64,000 nucleotides of DNA. Source: an uncultured bacterium (lineage in GTDB: Bacteria; Verrucomicrobiota; Verrucomicrobiia; Verrucomicrobiales; DEV007). The stretch is taken from contig CAXBMO010000003.1 in the NCBI GenBank assembly GCA_963977015.1, positions 320,001-384,000 on the forward strand, in the 5' to 3' direction. Below are positions 17,660 to 29,281 of this stretch, one piece after another. Positions within the stretch are counted from its first letter, which is position 1. Every line of letters begins with the position of its first letter. The position numbers and the translations under genes are program-made. The notes under the pieces are model-generated. The model made no database searches. It had not been told where the DNA came from and saw nothing but the letters and a program-made list of their open reading frames with translations.

Positions 17660-19963
17660 CTAAGTGGGAGGTTGGGCAGATTCGATTTGGTGGCAGGCAG
17701 CAAAGGCTGCAATCTTTACGAGCAGGAGCCGCATATCGTAACCGCTCCACTGAAACTCTTGTTCCAAAATCTGGGGCAAATCCGGTCGATACGCAGCGAC
17801 GGGTTGCTTCACGCTGTGGTGGAAAAGCTGGCGAATAAACGCACGATGGCCAGCTGGGCTGGTTGCCGCGTATTCGGCGACATCGCGCGCCCCTTTCAGC
17901 CGGATGGTCTCTCCGGAATCCGTCACGAAGTCGCTGGCTGGGTTAATCGGCTTGTTGAGCTTTTCGTCCCGGGTACGCCACTGGCCGATGGCGTCGTAGT
18001 TTTCCAGGCTGAAACCCAGAGGATTAATCGACGAATGGCAGGCCATACAGGCTTTGCTGCGGGTTAACTCGGTCACTTTTTCGCGCATCGTCAAATGCGG
18101 GTCAAACTCGGCGTCCTCAAACGCAATGGCTTCCGGTGGTGGCTTCAGGGTTCTTCCCACGATGTTCCGCGTCAAAAACACGCCCCGATGAATCGGCGAT
18201 GTGTCATTGTGATAGGCAAACGCAGTGAGGAGGTAGGGATGGGTCACGATTCCAGAACGCTGCCGGGGATCCATCTTCACCTTCGTAAATCCGCGCCCCT
18301 GGTGGTCGTTCCCATAAACCGGAGCGAGCCGCTCGTTGATGAAGAGGTAATCCGCCAACAGGAGCTGACGAAAGTCCGCTTTCTCGCCCCAAAAAACGTC
18401 CTCGATGAAGAGATTGAGAGACGTCCGCAAATCCGCCATGATCTCCGGGGCAAACTCGGGAAACAACTTGCTGTCACGAGTGACGTCTCTCGCTCGTTCC
18501 AACTCCAACCAATGATGGAAAAACTCCTGAAGTTTGGCCTTCGATCTCACGCTATAGAGCATCCTCCAGGCTTCGTCTTCAATCTGTTTCCAGGTTTTCA
18601 GCTTGCCCTGGCTCGCCTTTTTCATGAGTTCGCGATCAGGAACGGAATCCCAAATCGCCAACGCCAATCGACTGGCCACATCCCAATCGTTGGGTTCTCC
18701 AGCTTCCGCCAAGGTCGGATAGAGAAATTGCGGTGAGGTGAGCGACATCATCATGCTCCGTTTCGCGGCCTGCTCAAGACTCTCCGCACTCTCAAACCAG
18801 CGATCCACATAAGTTTTGCGCTGGGTTTCCGTCAGCGGCTTCCGAAGGGCAGCCTGAGCCAAGTTTTCGCAATACTTCCGCACTTTCTCCGGACGATCCG
18901 GAGCTCCCGCCTTCGTCCCAGCGAGGCGGTCGAGTCGCCGCAACACATGATCAGCCGCCTGCATTGCACCGGCATTGACCGCTTCCATCCATGTTCGCGA
19001 CACTGAAATTCCCCGCTCATAACCATAGCTCCGGTCATCTGCGGGAAACGGAACATCCACGATCATCATTTCCTGGTTCCAACCCGGTGAAAGCACACGA
19101 TTCGGAATCGTCTCCTTGACGCCGTGCGGCGGCTTCCAGAGGAGTTCAATGGACGCGGATTTCTCCTTGTAGCTGAAGAACTCAACCTTGATGAAATAAG
19201 GCCGATCTCCCAACAAATAGAGACTCCCTTGCTCCTCCCTGACCTCTTCGCCGGAACTGACCCAGGCGTCGATGACGTGGCGTTCGTAATCGTTGCCGTT
19301 CACCCAGAGCCGGGCCCCGTTTTTCGTTCGCAGCATGAACTCGTAAACCCCGGTTTCCTCCGCGAGAAGAACGCCTTCCCAACGAACCGAAAACTCTTCT
19401 GAACCCATCTTCTCTGGATCGGGACTCTGCTCTCCAAAATCAAATTTCAGCACTGGATCGAGCCGCTTGAAGGTGTCCGTTCCGAGCTTCTCCTTCTCAC
19501 CGCGAAACTTTCGCGTCCCAAAATAGCGCCCGGTCAATCCCCGCTCTTTGGGATACCCGCTCATGTGATCATTGAACGGCAAGCCAATCAGATCCGCGAC
19601 TGAACGTCGATATTGCGGAACCGTGAGTCGGCTGAGTTCCATTTTCGGGGGATGATTCCGAACCTGCGCCTCCGGGGAATAGAACGCGTGAAAAATATAG
19701 TCCGCCACCGTCTTGGCGTTATCACCGACACAGGCGTCCTCATCGTCTTCCGGCATGGTCCGCTCGATCCGGCGGGTCAGAGACGCCAAGTCACGGTTTC
19801 CGTAAAGTGGATCGTCAGCCAACCCATCGACGCCTTCCCCCATTTCACCATGGCATTCCACGCACTGTTTTTCATAGATCACAGCACCCGGATGCTCTGC
19901 CCGGACGAATCCGATCAGGGCGAAAATGAAGAACGTGGCGGTGGCAGGGAGGCGTCTGGGCAT
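17660..19963 (-). CDS. PVC-type cytochrome c / PA14 / DUF1587-1595-1592-1588 multidomain protein
   Basis: Signal peptide, [21 protein letters not shown]14-like GRYF...FSVRWEG...[56 protein letters not shown]. Confidence 0.85.
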   Translation of the reverse strand: MPRRLPATATFFIFALIGFVRAEHPGAVIYEKQCVECHGEMGEGVDGLADDPLYGNRDLASLTRRIERTMPEDDEDACVGDNAKTVADYIFHAFYSPEAQVRNHPPKMELSRLTVPQYRRSVADLIGLPFNDHMSGYPKERGLTGRYFGTRKFRGEKEKLGTDTFKRLDPVLKFDFGEQSPDPEKMGSEEFSVRWEGVLLAEETGVYEFMLRTKNGARLWVNGNDYERHVIDAWVSSGEEVREEQGSLYLLGDRPYFIKVEFFSYKEKSASIELLWKPPHGVKETIPNRVLSPGWNQEMMIVDVPFPADDRSYGYERGISVSRTWMEAVNAGAMQAADHVLRRLDRLAGTKAGAPDRPEKVRKYCENLAQAALRKPLTETQRKTYVDRWFESAESLEQAAKRSMMMSLTSPQFLYPTLAEAGEPNDWDVASRLALAIWDSVPDRELMKKASQGKLKTWKQIEDEAWRMLYSVRSKAKLQEFFHHWLELERARDVTRDSKLFPEFAPEIMADLRTSLNLFIEDVFWGEKADFRQLLLADYLFINERLAPVYGNDHQGRGFTKVKMDPRQRSGIVTHPYLLTAFAYHNDTSPIHRGVFLTRNIVGRTLKPPPEAIAFEDAEFDPHLTMREKVTELTRSKACMACHSSINPLGFSLENYDAIGQWRTRDEKLNKPINPASDFVTDSGETIRLKGARDVAEYAATSPAGHRAFIRQLFHHSVKQPVAAYRPDLPQILEQEFQWSGYDMRLLLVKIAAFAACHQIESAQPPT

Positions 19964-20055
19964 GACTCAGCTTGGGACTACCAGAGCCCGTCAGCTGCTC
20001 AAAATCAGTCGAAAAATCAAACCACGACTACGGAGAGGGACACTCTGAATTGTAA

Positions 20056-21744
20056 TCAAAGGTCCGTCACGGCACCCAGGCTTGCTGAGGTCACCAACTT
20101 TGCGTACTTGGCAAGAACGCCACGTTTGTATTTCGGATCCGGGGCCTGAAACTTCGCCTTGCGACTCTCCATTTCCGCTTCGTCGACGTGAAGTGTCATC
20201 TCGTGATTGACCGCATCAATCGTAATTTCGTCCCCATTTTGAATCAGTCCAATCGGACCGCCTTCAAAGGCTTCAGGCGTCACATGGCCCACCACAAATC
20301 CGTGACTACCGCCGGAAAACCTTCCATCGGTAATGAGCGCGACTTCCTTGCCGAGTCCCCGGCCCATAATGGCACCGGTTGGCCCCAACATTTCCCGCAT
20401 CCCTGGGCCACCTTTGGGGCCTTCATAACGGATAACGATCACGTCCCCACTCACCACCGTTCCATCCAGAATCGCCTTCATGGCCGATTCCTCAGAGTCG
20501 AAGCACCGGGCTTTGCCGGTGAACTTTTCGCCCTCTTTGCCACTGATTTTCGCCACCGCGCCGGTTGGAGCGAGGTTCCCATAGAGAATCACCAAATGGC
20601 CCTCCTTCTTAATGGGATTGTCGAACCCCCGAACCACGGTCTGGCCTTCCGGGTAATCTGGAGAAACTTTTTCGAGATTCTCACCCATGGTCTTGCCGGT
20701 AACCGTCAGGCAATCCCCATGGATCAACCCTTCGTCGAGCAGTCTCCGCATCAGCGGAAGTGTTCCGCCAATTTCGACCAGCTTCATCATGACGTGTTGC
20801 CCGCTTGGTTTTAGATCGGCCAACACCGGGGTCTTGGCGCCGATCCGAGTAAAATCGTCAATCGTCAGTTCCACGCCTGCGGCGGAGGCCATCGCCAGCA
20901 AATGGAGGACCGCATTGGTTGAGCCACCGAGTGCTGTGATCAACGTGATCGCATTCTCAAACGCTTCGCGAGTCATGATGTCGCGCGGCCGAATGCTCTT
21001 CTCAATCATGTTCATCACGGCAACTCCGGAATCAAAACAATCCATCATCTTCTCGTCCCCAACGGCGGATTGCGCGGAACTGTTCGGCAAACTCATGCCC
21101 AAAGCCTCAATCGCACTCGCCATCGTATTGGCGGTGTACATACCACCGCACGAACCGGGTCCGGGGATCGCCGTCTCCGTCACTCCCTGCAGCGCTTCGT
21201 CGGAGATCAGGCCTCCGGAATGCTTGCCAATCGCCTCGAAGACCGAAACGATATCAACATCATTGTCTTCAAAACATCCGGGTTTGATGGTCCCTCCATA
21301 GACAAAAATTCCCGGCCGGTTCAGCCGCGCCAGCGCCATGAGACAACCCGGCATATTCTTGTCACATCCTCCAATCGCCACCACGCCATCCATTCCCTCA
21401 CATCCAGCTACCGTTTCGATCGAATCCGCGATCACTTCCCGTGAAACCAGCGAATACTTCATCCCTTCGGTCCCCATCGAGATCCCGTCGGAAATGGTGA
21501 TCGTGTTGAAAACCACCGACTTCCCGCCACTCGCGTCCACTCCTTTTCCAGCCTCTTCCGCCAGGCGATTGATGTGCATGTTGCAGGGGGTGACCATGCT
21601 CCAGGTGCTGGCGACCCCAATCTGGGACTTCTCAAAGTCTTCCGTCTTGAAACCAACGGGATAAAGCATCGCCCGACTCGCAGCGCGGTCGGGTCCATCG
21701 AGCATCGGGCCAGAAAACTGGCGATGGGCAGATTGATCACTCAT
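20056..21744 (-). CDS. ilvD: Dihydroxy-acid dehydratase
   Basis: [72 protein letters not shown]. Confidence 0.97.
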   Translation of the reverse strand: MSDQSAHRQFSGPMLDGPDRAASRAMLYPVGFKTEDFEKSQIGVASTWSMVTPCNMHINRLAEEAGKGVDASGGKSVVFNTITISDGISMGTEGMKYSLVSREVIADSIETVAGCEGMDGVVAIGGCDKNMPGCLMALARLNRPGIFVYGGTIKPGCFEDNDVDIVSVFEAIGKHSGGLISDEALQGVTETAIPGPGSCGGMYTANTMASAIEALGMSLPNSSAQSAVGDEKMMDCFDSGVAVMNMIEKSIRPRDIMTREAFENAITLITALGGSTNAVLHLLAMASAAGVELTIDDFTRIGAKTPVLADLKPSGQHVMMKLVEIGGTLPLMRRLLDEGLIHGDCLTVTGKTMGENLEKVSPDYPEGQTVVRGFDNPIKKEGHLVILYGNLAPTGAVAKISGKEGEKFTGKARCFDSEESAMKAILDGTVVSGDVIVIRYEGPKGGPGMREMLGPTGAIMGRGLGKEVALITDGRFSGGSHGFVVGHVTPEAFEGGPIGLIQNGDEITIDAVNHEMTLHVDEAEMESRKAKFQAPDPKYKRGVLAKYAKLVTSASLGAVTDL

Positions 21745-21789
21745 AAGGGCGTGAATGTGGGTCAGGACGAGGCGGTTTCCAATTGGAAA

Positions 21790-22461
21790 TTAGCTTGCGA
21801 CGTAAATCGATGAGATTCCTCCGGTTAACGGAATCGACGCCGCCGAAACAAAGCCGGCCTCCTTCAACAAGTCTTCCATCTCGGCACCGGAAGGAAAGCG
21901 CTCAATCGATTCGGAGAGATACTCGTAGGCACCACGGTTGCCCGCGATCGCCCCAGCCAGTTTTGGCAACACGTGATGAAGATAGGCACGATAGGGCCCT
22001 CTCATCAGCCCCTCCGGGAGCGAAAAATCGAGAATCACGAGACTGCCCCCAGGCCGAATCACGCGCCTCATTTCTTTGGCGGCCCCGACCCAGGATTCCA
22101 TGTTACGGAGACCAAAGGCAACGGTGACTGCGTCAAACTCACCTTCGCCGAAGGGCAGGTTCATCGCGTCTGCTACCATCGTGTTAGGCACTCCTGCCTT
22201 CGTTGCGACTTCCAACATCTCCGGACAGAAATCGGTCGCTGTAATTTCGGTATTCGGGCAGAATTTCCCGATTTCCAAGGCAAGATCACCGGTCCCCGTC
22301 GCCACATCGAGCAAGCTCCCGGGATTCAGTCCCCGAACGATTTTGGCGACGCGCTTGCGCCACAACACATCAATACCCAGGCTCAAGACATGATTCGCCA
22401 ACACATAACGTGGAGCGATGGAAGCAAACGCAGCTTGAACGAACTTTGGATCTTGAGACAT
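21790..22461 (-). CDS. ubiE: UbiE/MenG-family quinone C-methyltransferase
   Basis: F.SIAPRY...N.VLSLG....WR, LDVATGTGD, DF...ML, DA.NLPF, AFGLRN, AYEYL.ESI..FP. Confidence 0.9.
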   Translation of the reverse strand: MSQDPKFVQAAFASIAPRYVLANHVLSLGIDVLWRKRVAKIVRGLNPGSLLDVATGTGDLALEIGKFCPNTEITATDFCPEMLEVATKAGVPNTMVADAMNLPFGEGEFDAVTVAFGLRNMESWVGAAKEMRRVIRPGGSLVILDFSLPEGLMRGPYRAYLHHVLPKLAGAIAGNRGAYEYLSESIERFPSGAEMEDLLKEAGFVSAASIPLTGGISSIYVAS

Positions 22462-22525
22462 GGGTCGGTAGCTTGCAGACGGTTACGAATCAGCAGCCCA
22501 CTCCGAAACCGACGATCCGCTTTAC

Positions 22526-23239
22526 CTAAGCTCCACGAAGTCTGGAAACTTCGGGCAGGCTCAGCATTTTTTCGACGATCTCGCTTCGTTCACCATTTTT
22601 CAATTCGGAAGCGGTCACCGCTTTATCGAGATTGAAACGGCCGGATTTGGTCCGGCGAAGACGGCTGAGGTGTGCGCCACATCCCAGTTTTTGCCCAATG
22701 TCGTGAGCGTAGGTCCGGACGTAGAATCCCTTGGTGCAAACCACGCGGAAATCGATCTCAGGGAGCTCAATTCGCGTGATCTCATAGCTGTAAATGTGAA
22801 CCAATCGCGGATCACGCTTCACCTCCTGTCCCTTGCGGGCCAACTTGTACAAGGGCACTCCGTCCTTCTTGATCGCGCTGACCATGGGAGGAATTTGGTA
22901 AAAATCGCCCTTAAACTCCTCGAACACGTCGATGATTTCCTGTTCGGTGAGTTCGGGCACCTCCGCTTCCTCCGTCACTTCGCCTTCCTTGTCCTGGGTC
23001 GAGGTTGAGACTCCGAGCGTGATCGTACCCACGTATTCCTTGTCTTCGGACATGAGCAGTTCACTGATCTTGGTGCCACGTCCCAATACGAGCAGCAAAA
23101 GTCCGGTTGCCATGGGGTCGAGTGTTCCACAATGACCGATTTTCTTCATTCCCAACGTTTTGCGCGCAATCGCTACCACGTCGTGAGAAGTCATATTTGG
23201 CTCTTTGTCTACAATGAGAACTCCGTCAACTGGTTCCAT
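22526..23239 (-). CDS. truB: tRNA pseudouridine(55) synthase
   Basis: DKE..MTSHDVV, GHCGTLDPMATG, Q.PP.VSAIK.DG.PLYKLAR.G, CTKGFYVR, LRRT. Confidence 0.96.
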   Translation of the reverse strand: MEPVDGVLIVDKEPNMTSHDVVAIARKTLGMKKIGHCGTLDPMATGLLLLVLGRGTKISELLMSEDKEYVGTITLGVSTSTQDKEGEVTEEAEVPELTEQEIIDVFEEFKGDFYQIPPMVSAIKKDGVPLYKLARKGQEVKRDPRLVHIYSYEITRIELPEIDFRVVCTKGFYVRTYAHDIGQKLGCGAHLSRLRRTKSGRFNLDKAVTASELKNGERSEIVEKMLSLPEVSRLRGA

Positions 23240-23240
23240 C

Positions 23241-24230
23241 TTAATCTAAATGTGTTTGGGCTACTTTGATAAATTGTTCGGCGACATTGTCGATCTGCCC
23301 GGAAATTCGAGCACCGGCCGCCAGCTTATGCCCGCCCCCACCAAATTCCTGACAAATCTCGGATACATTCGCAGCGTCCGACTTCGATCGCGCGCTGACT
23401 CGAATGGTGCCGTCCCCGACCTCCTCGAAGGCGATCGCGACAACAACGCCATTGATCGCTCTCAGATGTTCGATCAGACCTTCCGTGTCTCCGCCTTCAA
23501 TCTTCAGTTCCTCCAATTTGTCGCGGCGAAGTTTCCAGGAGGCGATTCTACCGTCAGCGCTCCTCGTCAACGAATCAATCAGCGCACCGAGAAGCTCGAG
23601 TCGCCGATAGGGATAGTTCTGGTAAATTTGGGATGAAAGCCACCCGATATCAGCACCAGCGCCAAGGAGTTTTGCCGAGATCTCGAGCGTCCGAGCAGTT
23701 GTATTCGGATACTGAAAGGAGCCGGTATCGGTTACGATGGCCGTCCACAAGCTATCCCGTCCCTGCGGTGAAAGCGTCCAACCTTCCTGATCGATCAACT
23801 CAAAGACGGTTTGGCCCGTCGCCGGGCTCTGGTCATCAACGTAGTTGAGGTCTCCATACCGCTCGTTGCTGATGTGGTGATCCATCACTATCACCTGACC
23901 TGGATTTCCGATGATGTTCCATACCCTCTCACCCACGCGCTTTGCATCGGCGGTATCCAACGCCACAAAAACGTCTGGATTCAGCGGTTCCGTGATTTCC
24001 TCTGGTTTGCGGATCTCCGAAACTCCCTCGAGAAACTCATAGTTTGCCGGGATATCGTCCTGATTCAGCATCACCACCTCTTTTCCCGCACCTTTCAACG
24101 CTTCCCCCAACCCAATCAGGGAGCCAATCGCATCGCCATCAGGTCGGGCGTGACTCGCAAGGGCAATGCGTTTTGCAGAACGCAGCCTTTCACCAATGGT
24201 TTTAAGAAGCTCTGGAAGACTCTCGCTCAC
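23241..24230 (-). CDS. nrnA: DHH/DHHA1 phosphoesterase (NrnA, oligoribonuclease/pAp phosphatase)
   Basis: H.RPDGDAIGS, DT, DHH, TDTGSFQY, SARS, FGGGGHKLAAG; usual position between rbfA and truB. Confidence 0.9.
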   Translation of the reverse strand: MSESLPELLKTIGERLRSAKRIALASHARPDGDAIGSLIGLGEALKGAGKEVVMLNQDDIPANYEFLEGVSEIRKPEEITEPLNPDVFVALDTADAKRVGERVWNIIGNPGQVIVMDHHISNERYGDLNYVDDQSPATGQTVFELIDQEGWTLSPQGRDSLWTAIVTDTGSFQYPNTTARTLEISAKLLGAGADIGWLSSQIYQNYPYRRLELLGALIDSLTRSADGRIASWKLRRDKLEELKIEGGDTEGLIEHLRAINGVVVAIAFEEVGDGTIRVSARSKSDAANVSEICQEFGGGGHKLAAGARISGQIDNVAEQFIKVAQTHLD

Positions 24231-24604
24231 AGTTCGATATCGTCCTCTCCAAGCGGTTCCAGCTGATCTGGAATCTCGATACCATCGATCAGGTCAACGA
24301 CGTCAACACCACGCTTTACGGAGTCATCATGCTGAAAATGAAGTTGTGGCGTGTTCTTCAGCACCACACGCTTCGTCAACTTCTGCTGAATCAATCCACG
24401 GCTTTCATTCAGCTTATCGATGATCTTATCCTCGCGCCCGCTGGCGCCCAAGGTGCTGACAAAGACGTGCCCCTTGCGCAAATCCGGCGTGAGATCGACA
24501 TCATTGATGGTTACGAGGGCACCGCCAAATTCGAAATCACGACTGATCACGGTACTGATTTCACGGCGAAGCAATTCACGAACACGAAGAAGACGCTGAG
24601 ACAT
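24227..24604 (-). CDS. rbfA: 30S ribosome-binding factor A
   Basis: R..RV.ELL.REIS, VTI..V.LTPDL, TPQL.F..D.S; follows infB. Start set at MSQRLL. Confidence 0.93.
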   Translation of the reverse strand: MSQRLLRVRELLRREISTVISRDFEFGGALVTINDVDLTPDLRKGHVFVSTLGASGREDKIIDKLNESRGLIQQKLTKRVVLKNTPQLHFQHDDSVKRGVDVVDLIDGIEIPDQLEPLGEDDIEL

Positions 24605-24690
24605 AACAATCGCTATTGTAGATTTCGAAGTCGTTCCGCCTGGAGCCAAGCCTTTGGATCCAGACCAACGGTGGATGAGAGAGACTTACT

Positions 24691-26814
24691 TTAAAGCGTC
24701 TGCTCTACTTTCTCCAACTCATAGCACTCAATAACGTCACCCTCCTCATAATCATTGAAATTCCCCAAGCGAATTCCGCATTCCAGACCGTTCTTCACCT
24801 CGTTCACGTCATCTTTGAAGCGTTTCAACGTCTGAACACCCCCATCGTAGACTTGCTGACGGTCCCGGAGAACGCGAGCACGTCCGGACCGCAGAATCTT
24901 ACCTTTGGTCACTTGGCAGCCAGCGACTCGTCCGCCGGTCAACTTGAAGACCTGAAGCACCTTCGCGTAGCCAAGATTCGATTCACGGGTCTCCGGATCC
25001 AGCATTCCAACCATCGCCTCTTTGACCTGATCGATCAGTTCATAGATGATGGAGAACAGCTTCACTTGAACACCTTCACGCTTGGCGACCTTGACGGCAT
25101 TCCCTTCGAGCTTGGTGTTGAAACCGATAATCACCGCATCGGAAGCACTGCCAAGTAAAACGTCGCCTTCGGTAATCGGCCCCGCGGCTGAATGGATGAT
25201 ATCGAGATTAATTTTGTCGCTCTCGATCAGCTTCAGCGCGCCAATGATCGCTTCACCAGACCCGGCGACATCCGTCTTCAAGACCAGCTTCAGAATCTTC
25301 TTCTGACCTTCCGCCATTTCGCCAAAGAAGGACTCCAACGTGGAGTGAACCGGCTTTTCCAACTTATTGAGGCGCTGTGCGTCCAGCCTCTCTTCACTGA
25401 GCTTCTTCGCATTCCGCTCGTTGTCCATTTGAACCAACTCATCGCCAACGGCGGGAACGCCACTGAAGCCAAGAACCTCAACCGGGGTCGAAGGACCAGC
25501 TTTCTTGACCGGTTTCCCCTTGTCGTCGAGCATCGACTTCACCTTGCCACTGTAGTTTCCACAGATGAACGGCGTTCCGACCTTAAGGGTGCCGCTTTGC
25601 ACGATGACACTGGTCATGACTCCACGACCTTGCTCCATTCGTGCCTCGATCACCGCAGCGCGAGCATTGCCCTTGGGATCAGCCTTCAATTCCAGCACTT
25701 CTGATTGAAGCGAAATCATCTCCAGAAGATCATCCAGACCAATCCGCTCCGTTGCAGAAACATCAACGCAGATGGTCTTTCCACCCCATTCCTCCGGCTG
25801 AAGATCGTATTCGGACAATTGCTGCTTCACCCGGTTGGGGTCGGCAGTCGGCAAATCGACCTTGTTCACCGCAACAATGATTTCAACTCCTGCCGCTTTG
25901 GCGTGATTGATTGCCTCCACCGTTGTTGGCATGATGCCGTCGTTCGCGGCGACAACCAGAACGACGATATCGGTCACATTCGCACCACGAGCACGCATTT
26001 CGGTGAACGCAGCGTGACCGGGAGTATCGATAAACGTGATCGGCTTTCCGTTGTGCTCCACTGAATAGGCTGCGATGTGCTGGGTAATCCCCCCAGCCTC
26101 ACCATCAACGACTTTCGCGCTACGAATTGCATCCAAAAGCGAGGTCTTGCCATGGTCCACGTGTCCCATGACCGTCACGATCGGAGGACGAAATTCGAGC
26201 TTTTCCTCTTCAGGTTCCGGTTCGGGTTCCGGTTCCGCGATCACCTCCTCTTCCTTGTGGACACCGGCGCCTTTCTCGCGTTTTTCGCGTTCAAATAGGA
26301 ATCCGTGCTTTTCGCAAATCTGGGCAACCACATCAGGCTCGACCGACTGGTTCTGATTGGCAAAGACATCCAGTTCCATCAGATCCTGGATGATCTTAAA
26401 CGGCTTCAAGCCCAAGGAATCCGCCAAGTCCTTAACGATGATCGGCGGTTTCAGCTGGACGACTTTCTGACCTTCGTCATTCGTCTCGACCGCAACCGGT
26501 TCCTCTTCCTTCGGCTCAACAACTTTCTTCTTCTTTACCCCTCCGCCTTTGCCGATCTTTTGGAACACCGACGCATCCTCTTTGGCGGCGATAGCCTTTT
26601 TTACGACCGGCTTTTCTTCATCATCAATCCCCAAATCCAAGGCCTCTTTTTTGGCCTCAGAGACGACCTTGCCCCCCATTTTCGACTTCTCGACCGCTGC
26701 ATTCGTCTCCCCTCCGGACTGCGTCTTTGTCGCTTTTTGCGCAGTCTTCTTTGAACTCGCCTTAGTGGCGGGTTTGTCGGATATCAGATCGAGAGCTACT
26801 TTCTTTTTCGCCAT
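24691..26814 (-). CDS. infB: Translation initiation factor IF-2
   Basis: [60 protein letters not shown]. Confidence 0.98.
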   Translation of the reverse strand: MAKKKVALDLISDKPATKASSKKTAQKATKTQSGGETNAAVEKSKMGGKVVSEAKKEALDLGIDDEEKPVVKKAIAAKEDASVFQKIGKGGGVKKKKVVEPKEEEPVAVETNDEGQKVVQLKPPIIVKDLADSLGLKPFKIIQDLMELDVFANQNQSVEPDVVAQICEKHGFLFEREKREKGAGVHKEEEVIAEPEPEPEPEEEKLEFRPPIVTVMGHVDHGKTSLLDAIRSAKVVDGEAGGITQHIAAYSVEHNGKPITFIDTPGHAAFTEMRARGANVTDIVVLVVAANDGIMPTTVEAINHAKAAGVEIIVAVNKVDLPTADPNRVKQQLSEYDLQPEEWGGKTICVDVSATERIGLDDLLEMISLQSEVLELKADPKGNARAAVIEARMEQGRGVMTSVIVQSGTLKVGTPFICGNYSGKVKSMLDDKGKPVKKAGPSTPVEVLGFSGVPAVGDELVQMDNERNAKKLSEERLDAQRLNKLEKPVHSTLESFFGEMAEGQKKILKLVLKTDVAGSGEAIIGALKLIESDKINLDIIHSAAGPITEGDVLLGSASDAVIIGFNTKLEGNAVKVAKREGVQVKLFSIIYELIDQVKEAMVGMLDPETRESNLGYAKVLQVFKLTGGRVAGCQVTKGKILRSGRARVLRDRQQVYDGGVQTLKRFKDDVNEVKNGLECGIRLGNFNDYEEGDVIECYELEKVEQTL

Positions 26815-26889
26815 GCGGAATTTTTCGTGGATAAAGGGGTGTTTGGGAAGGGATGGGGGAATCGTTCATCGTAAGCGCGGATTGTCCGG

Positions 26890-28161
26890 TTACGAATCGC
26901 TGGGAGACAGTTGATCGAGAGCGTAGATTTGCTCGGCCTTTTTCACAATATCCCCCGCAACAGTTTCTTCGACTTCAAGAATGCCGGAAACGTCTTCAGC
27001 ATCCATTTGGGACAGCAGTTCCAGGGTGGTTACCCCACCTCGAACCAGGCCCATGGCCATCTCTTCCTCCATCCCAAGTTGATTCACAAAGATGCTTGCG
27101 GCATCAGCAACCCGAGCTTCAAACTGCTCGTGTTCGCTTTCGTCCTTCTCGACCTTGACGTCCCAACCGATCAATCGCGACGTCAGTCGCGCATTTTGAC
27201 CGTGCCGACCGATGGCGCGTGAAAGCTCTTCTTCGTCGACTGTGACTCGAACGGTCCTGTTTTCCTCATCCAACTCAATCGTTCTGAGCTTGGCGGGTTT
27301 CAGGGCATCTTTGACAAATTCACGAACGTTGTCGCTCCAACGAATGATATCGACTTTTTCGTTATTCAGCTCGCGAACGATGTTCTTCACCCGAGCGCCA
27401 CGAAGACCAACGCAGGCACCGACAGGATCGACTTTTTCATCATCACTGTGAACGGCAACTTTGGTTCGGTAGCCGGCTTCGCGGGCAATGCCCTTCACTT
27501 CAACCGTCCGGTCCGCGATCTCGCTGACCTCAGATTCAAAGAGGCGTCGCACAAAATTGGGATGACTCCGCGACAGGATGATTTCCGGTCCCCGGGCACC
27601 ATTATCAACCGCCAAAACATAGGCGCGAATTCGATCGCCGATGTTGTAATCCTCGGTCTTCACCCGCTCGCGCGACGGCATCGTCCCTTCAAAACGGCCC
27701 AAATCAACCATCACATCGGAACGTTCGAACCGACGAACGGTTCCGCCAACGATGTCTCCGGCGCGATCCTTGAACTCGTCATAGATCATCGCCTTCTCGG
27801 CCTGGCGAAGACGCTGCATCATCGCCTGCTTCGCCGCCTGCGCAGCAATCCGTCCAAAATCTTTCGGCGTGATCTCTACGTCGATCTCGTCTCCCAACTC
27901 GGCACCGGGTTGGATTTTTTTCGCCGTACTGATTGAAATCTCGTCGTAAGGAGCCACAACTTCCTCAACCGCAATGAGCTTTGCAATCGCGCTGATTTTC
28001 CCCTTGTTCGGGTCAACCTCGATGCGTAATTCACGAGCCGGTCCAATGCTCTTGCGTGACGCTGATAACAACGCCTGCTGGATGGCGTCGACCATGGTTT
28101 CCCGGTCGATCCCTTTTTCCTTTTCGTAATACTCAAAAAGCGTTAGAAGCTCGCTAGTCAT
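26890..28161 (-). CDS. nusA: Transcription termination/antitermination factor NusA
   Basis: FGRIAAQAAKQ, S1 domain, ILSRSHP, AREAGYRTKVAV, DPVGACVG.RG.RV, AIGRHGQNARL. Confidence 0.98.
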   Translation of the reverse strand: MTSELLTLFEYYEKEKGIDRETMVDAIQQALLSASRKSIGPARELRIEVDPNKGKISAIAKLIAVEEVVAPYDEISISTAKKIQPGAELGDEIDVEITPKDFGRIAAQAAKQAMMQRLRQAEKAMIYDEFKDRAGDIVGGTVRRFERSDVMVDLGRFEGTMPSRERVKTEDYNIGDRIRAYVLAVDNGARGPEIILSRSHPNFVRRLFESEVSEIADRTVEVKGIAREAGYRTKVAVHSDDEKVDPVGACVGLRGARVKNIVRELNNEKVDIIRWSDNVREFVKDALKPAKLRTIELDEENRTVRVTVDEEELSRAIGRHGQNARLTSRLIGWDVKVEKDESEHEQFEARVADAASIFVNQLGMEEEMAMGLVRGGVTTLELLSQMDAEDVSGILEVEETVAGDIVKKAEQIYALDQLSPSDS

Positions 28162-28184
28162 TTTTATAAGTTTTTCTTTCCGAC

Positions 28185-28215
28185 AAAAAAGGGCGGGAAC
28201 CTACAGTCCACGCCC
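28185..28215 (-). terminator. Leader terminator/attenuator upstream of nusA (rimP-leader type)
   Basis: Minus strand GGGCGUGGAC-UGUAG-GUUCCCGCCC-UUUUUU, ending ~24 nt before the nusA ATG. The upstream gene is divergent, so it cannot be a 3' terminator. Confidence 0.75.
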
Positions 28216-28305
28216 AACTTGATCCCAAAAAGAAATTTGGTTGCGTCAGTGCTTAGTCTTCGCAGATTGGCACCATAACGGTATTGCAAAGGGTCGCAAC
28301 CAGTT

Positions 28306-28977
28306 TTGAACTTAGAATTCTCCAACTTCTCCACGATCCTTTTTGATGCCGCGGGAACCCTCTTTGAGCTCCGCGAATCCGTTGGGCAAGGCTACGCGAA
28401 AGTTGCAACCGAGTTTGATTTGGAACTCTGTCCTGATTTGACCGAACTCGCCTTTCGCAAGCATTTCCGGGCGATGCCATCTCCCTACCCTAGCGAATCA
28501 ACCGATCCAGAACAGGATTGGTGGTCTGAGCTGGTCGACCGAGTCTTGATGGAACAACAGATTGAGACTCCTGGCGGCTTTTTTACCGCACTTTGGGAGC
28601 ACTATGCCGCAGCCTCGACCTGGAAACTGTTTCCCGAAGTTCCCGAGGTGCTTTCAACACTTCAAGAAAAGAACATTCAGATGATTCTCGTGACCAATTT
28701 TGACGAGCGTATTTTCCCGATTCTTTCCGGGCTCGAGGTCATCGACTATTTTGGCGATGATGTGGTGACCTCAGCCAGCGCCCGATGCCGCAAACCTGAA
28801 TCGGCAATTTTCCAACAAGCCGTGGCAAAGTCGTCGAATGGTCCCATTCTGCATGTTGGAGACGAACGAAAAGCTGATTGGGAAGGGGCAAGAGCAGCCG
28901 GCATCGAGGCATTTGAACTGGAACGACCGAAGAATTGCCTTCGAGATCTGATTCGCACTCAGCAGACCGAAGGCTGA
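28306..28977 (+). CDS. HAD-superfamily hydrolase (subfamily IA, REG-2-like)
   Basis: FDAAGTL, TNFD.R, KPE.AIF, HVGD...D..GA..AG. Confidence 0.88.
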   Translation: MNLEFSNFSTILFDAAGTLFELRESVGQGYAKVATEFDLELCPDLTELAFRKHFRAMPSPYPSESTDPEQDWWSELVDRVLMEQQIETPGGFFTALWEHYAAASTWKLFPEVPEVLSTLQEKNIQMILVTNFDERIFPILSGLEVIDYFGDDVVTSASARCRKPESAIFQQAVAKSSNGPILHVGDERKADWEGARAAGIEAFELERPKNCLRDLIRTQQTEG

Positions 28978-29154
28978 ACAGTAGAAATACGCCGCATCCA
29001 GTCGGATTGCCTGGGAATTGTCAGCCGATCAACACAAAGCAAGGAATCCACGCATTGATCGCTTGCGTTTTAAGGATTGTCAGACATTCTGTTTTGGCTT
29101 TTTCCCATGAAACTTGCGCTCCATCATGGTTACTCTCGCAGCACCGGCACTAAG

Positions 29155-29211
29155 ATGACGACCTCCCGTGCGTTTGTCATCGCAGGTCCATTTTTCCATC
29201 GAGCCAGGTAG
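29155..29211 (+). CDS. Putative leader peptide (uORF) MTTSRAFVIAGPFFHRAR
   Basis: 18-codon ATG..TAG ORF ending 34 nt before a strong terminator that precedes the MFS gene. Confidence 0.45.
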   Translation: MTTSRAFVIAGPFFHRAR

Positions 29212-29245
29212 AAGCCCCCACGAAATCCAATTTCTCGAATTTTCC

Positions 29246-29281
29246 GCCCCGCTCGTTTCCTCACGAGCGGGGCTTTTTTTT
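29246..29281 (+). terminator. Intrinsic terminator directly upstream of the MFS gene (probable attenuator)
   Basis: GCCCCGCTCGT-TTCCTC-ACGAGCGGGGC-TTTTTTTT: perfect 11-bp stem plus U8, 14 nt before the MFS start. Confidence 0.9.

Noticed and set aside
24632-24670. Imperfect stem-loop between infB and rbfA
   Set aside because: No U tract and no recognisable family; could be a processing site but is unsupported.
26205-26245. Repeated GGTTCC/GGTTCG units
   Set aside because: These encode the EPEPEPEPE linker of IF-2 and are not an independent repeat element.
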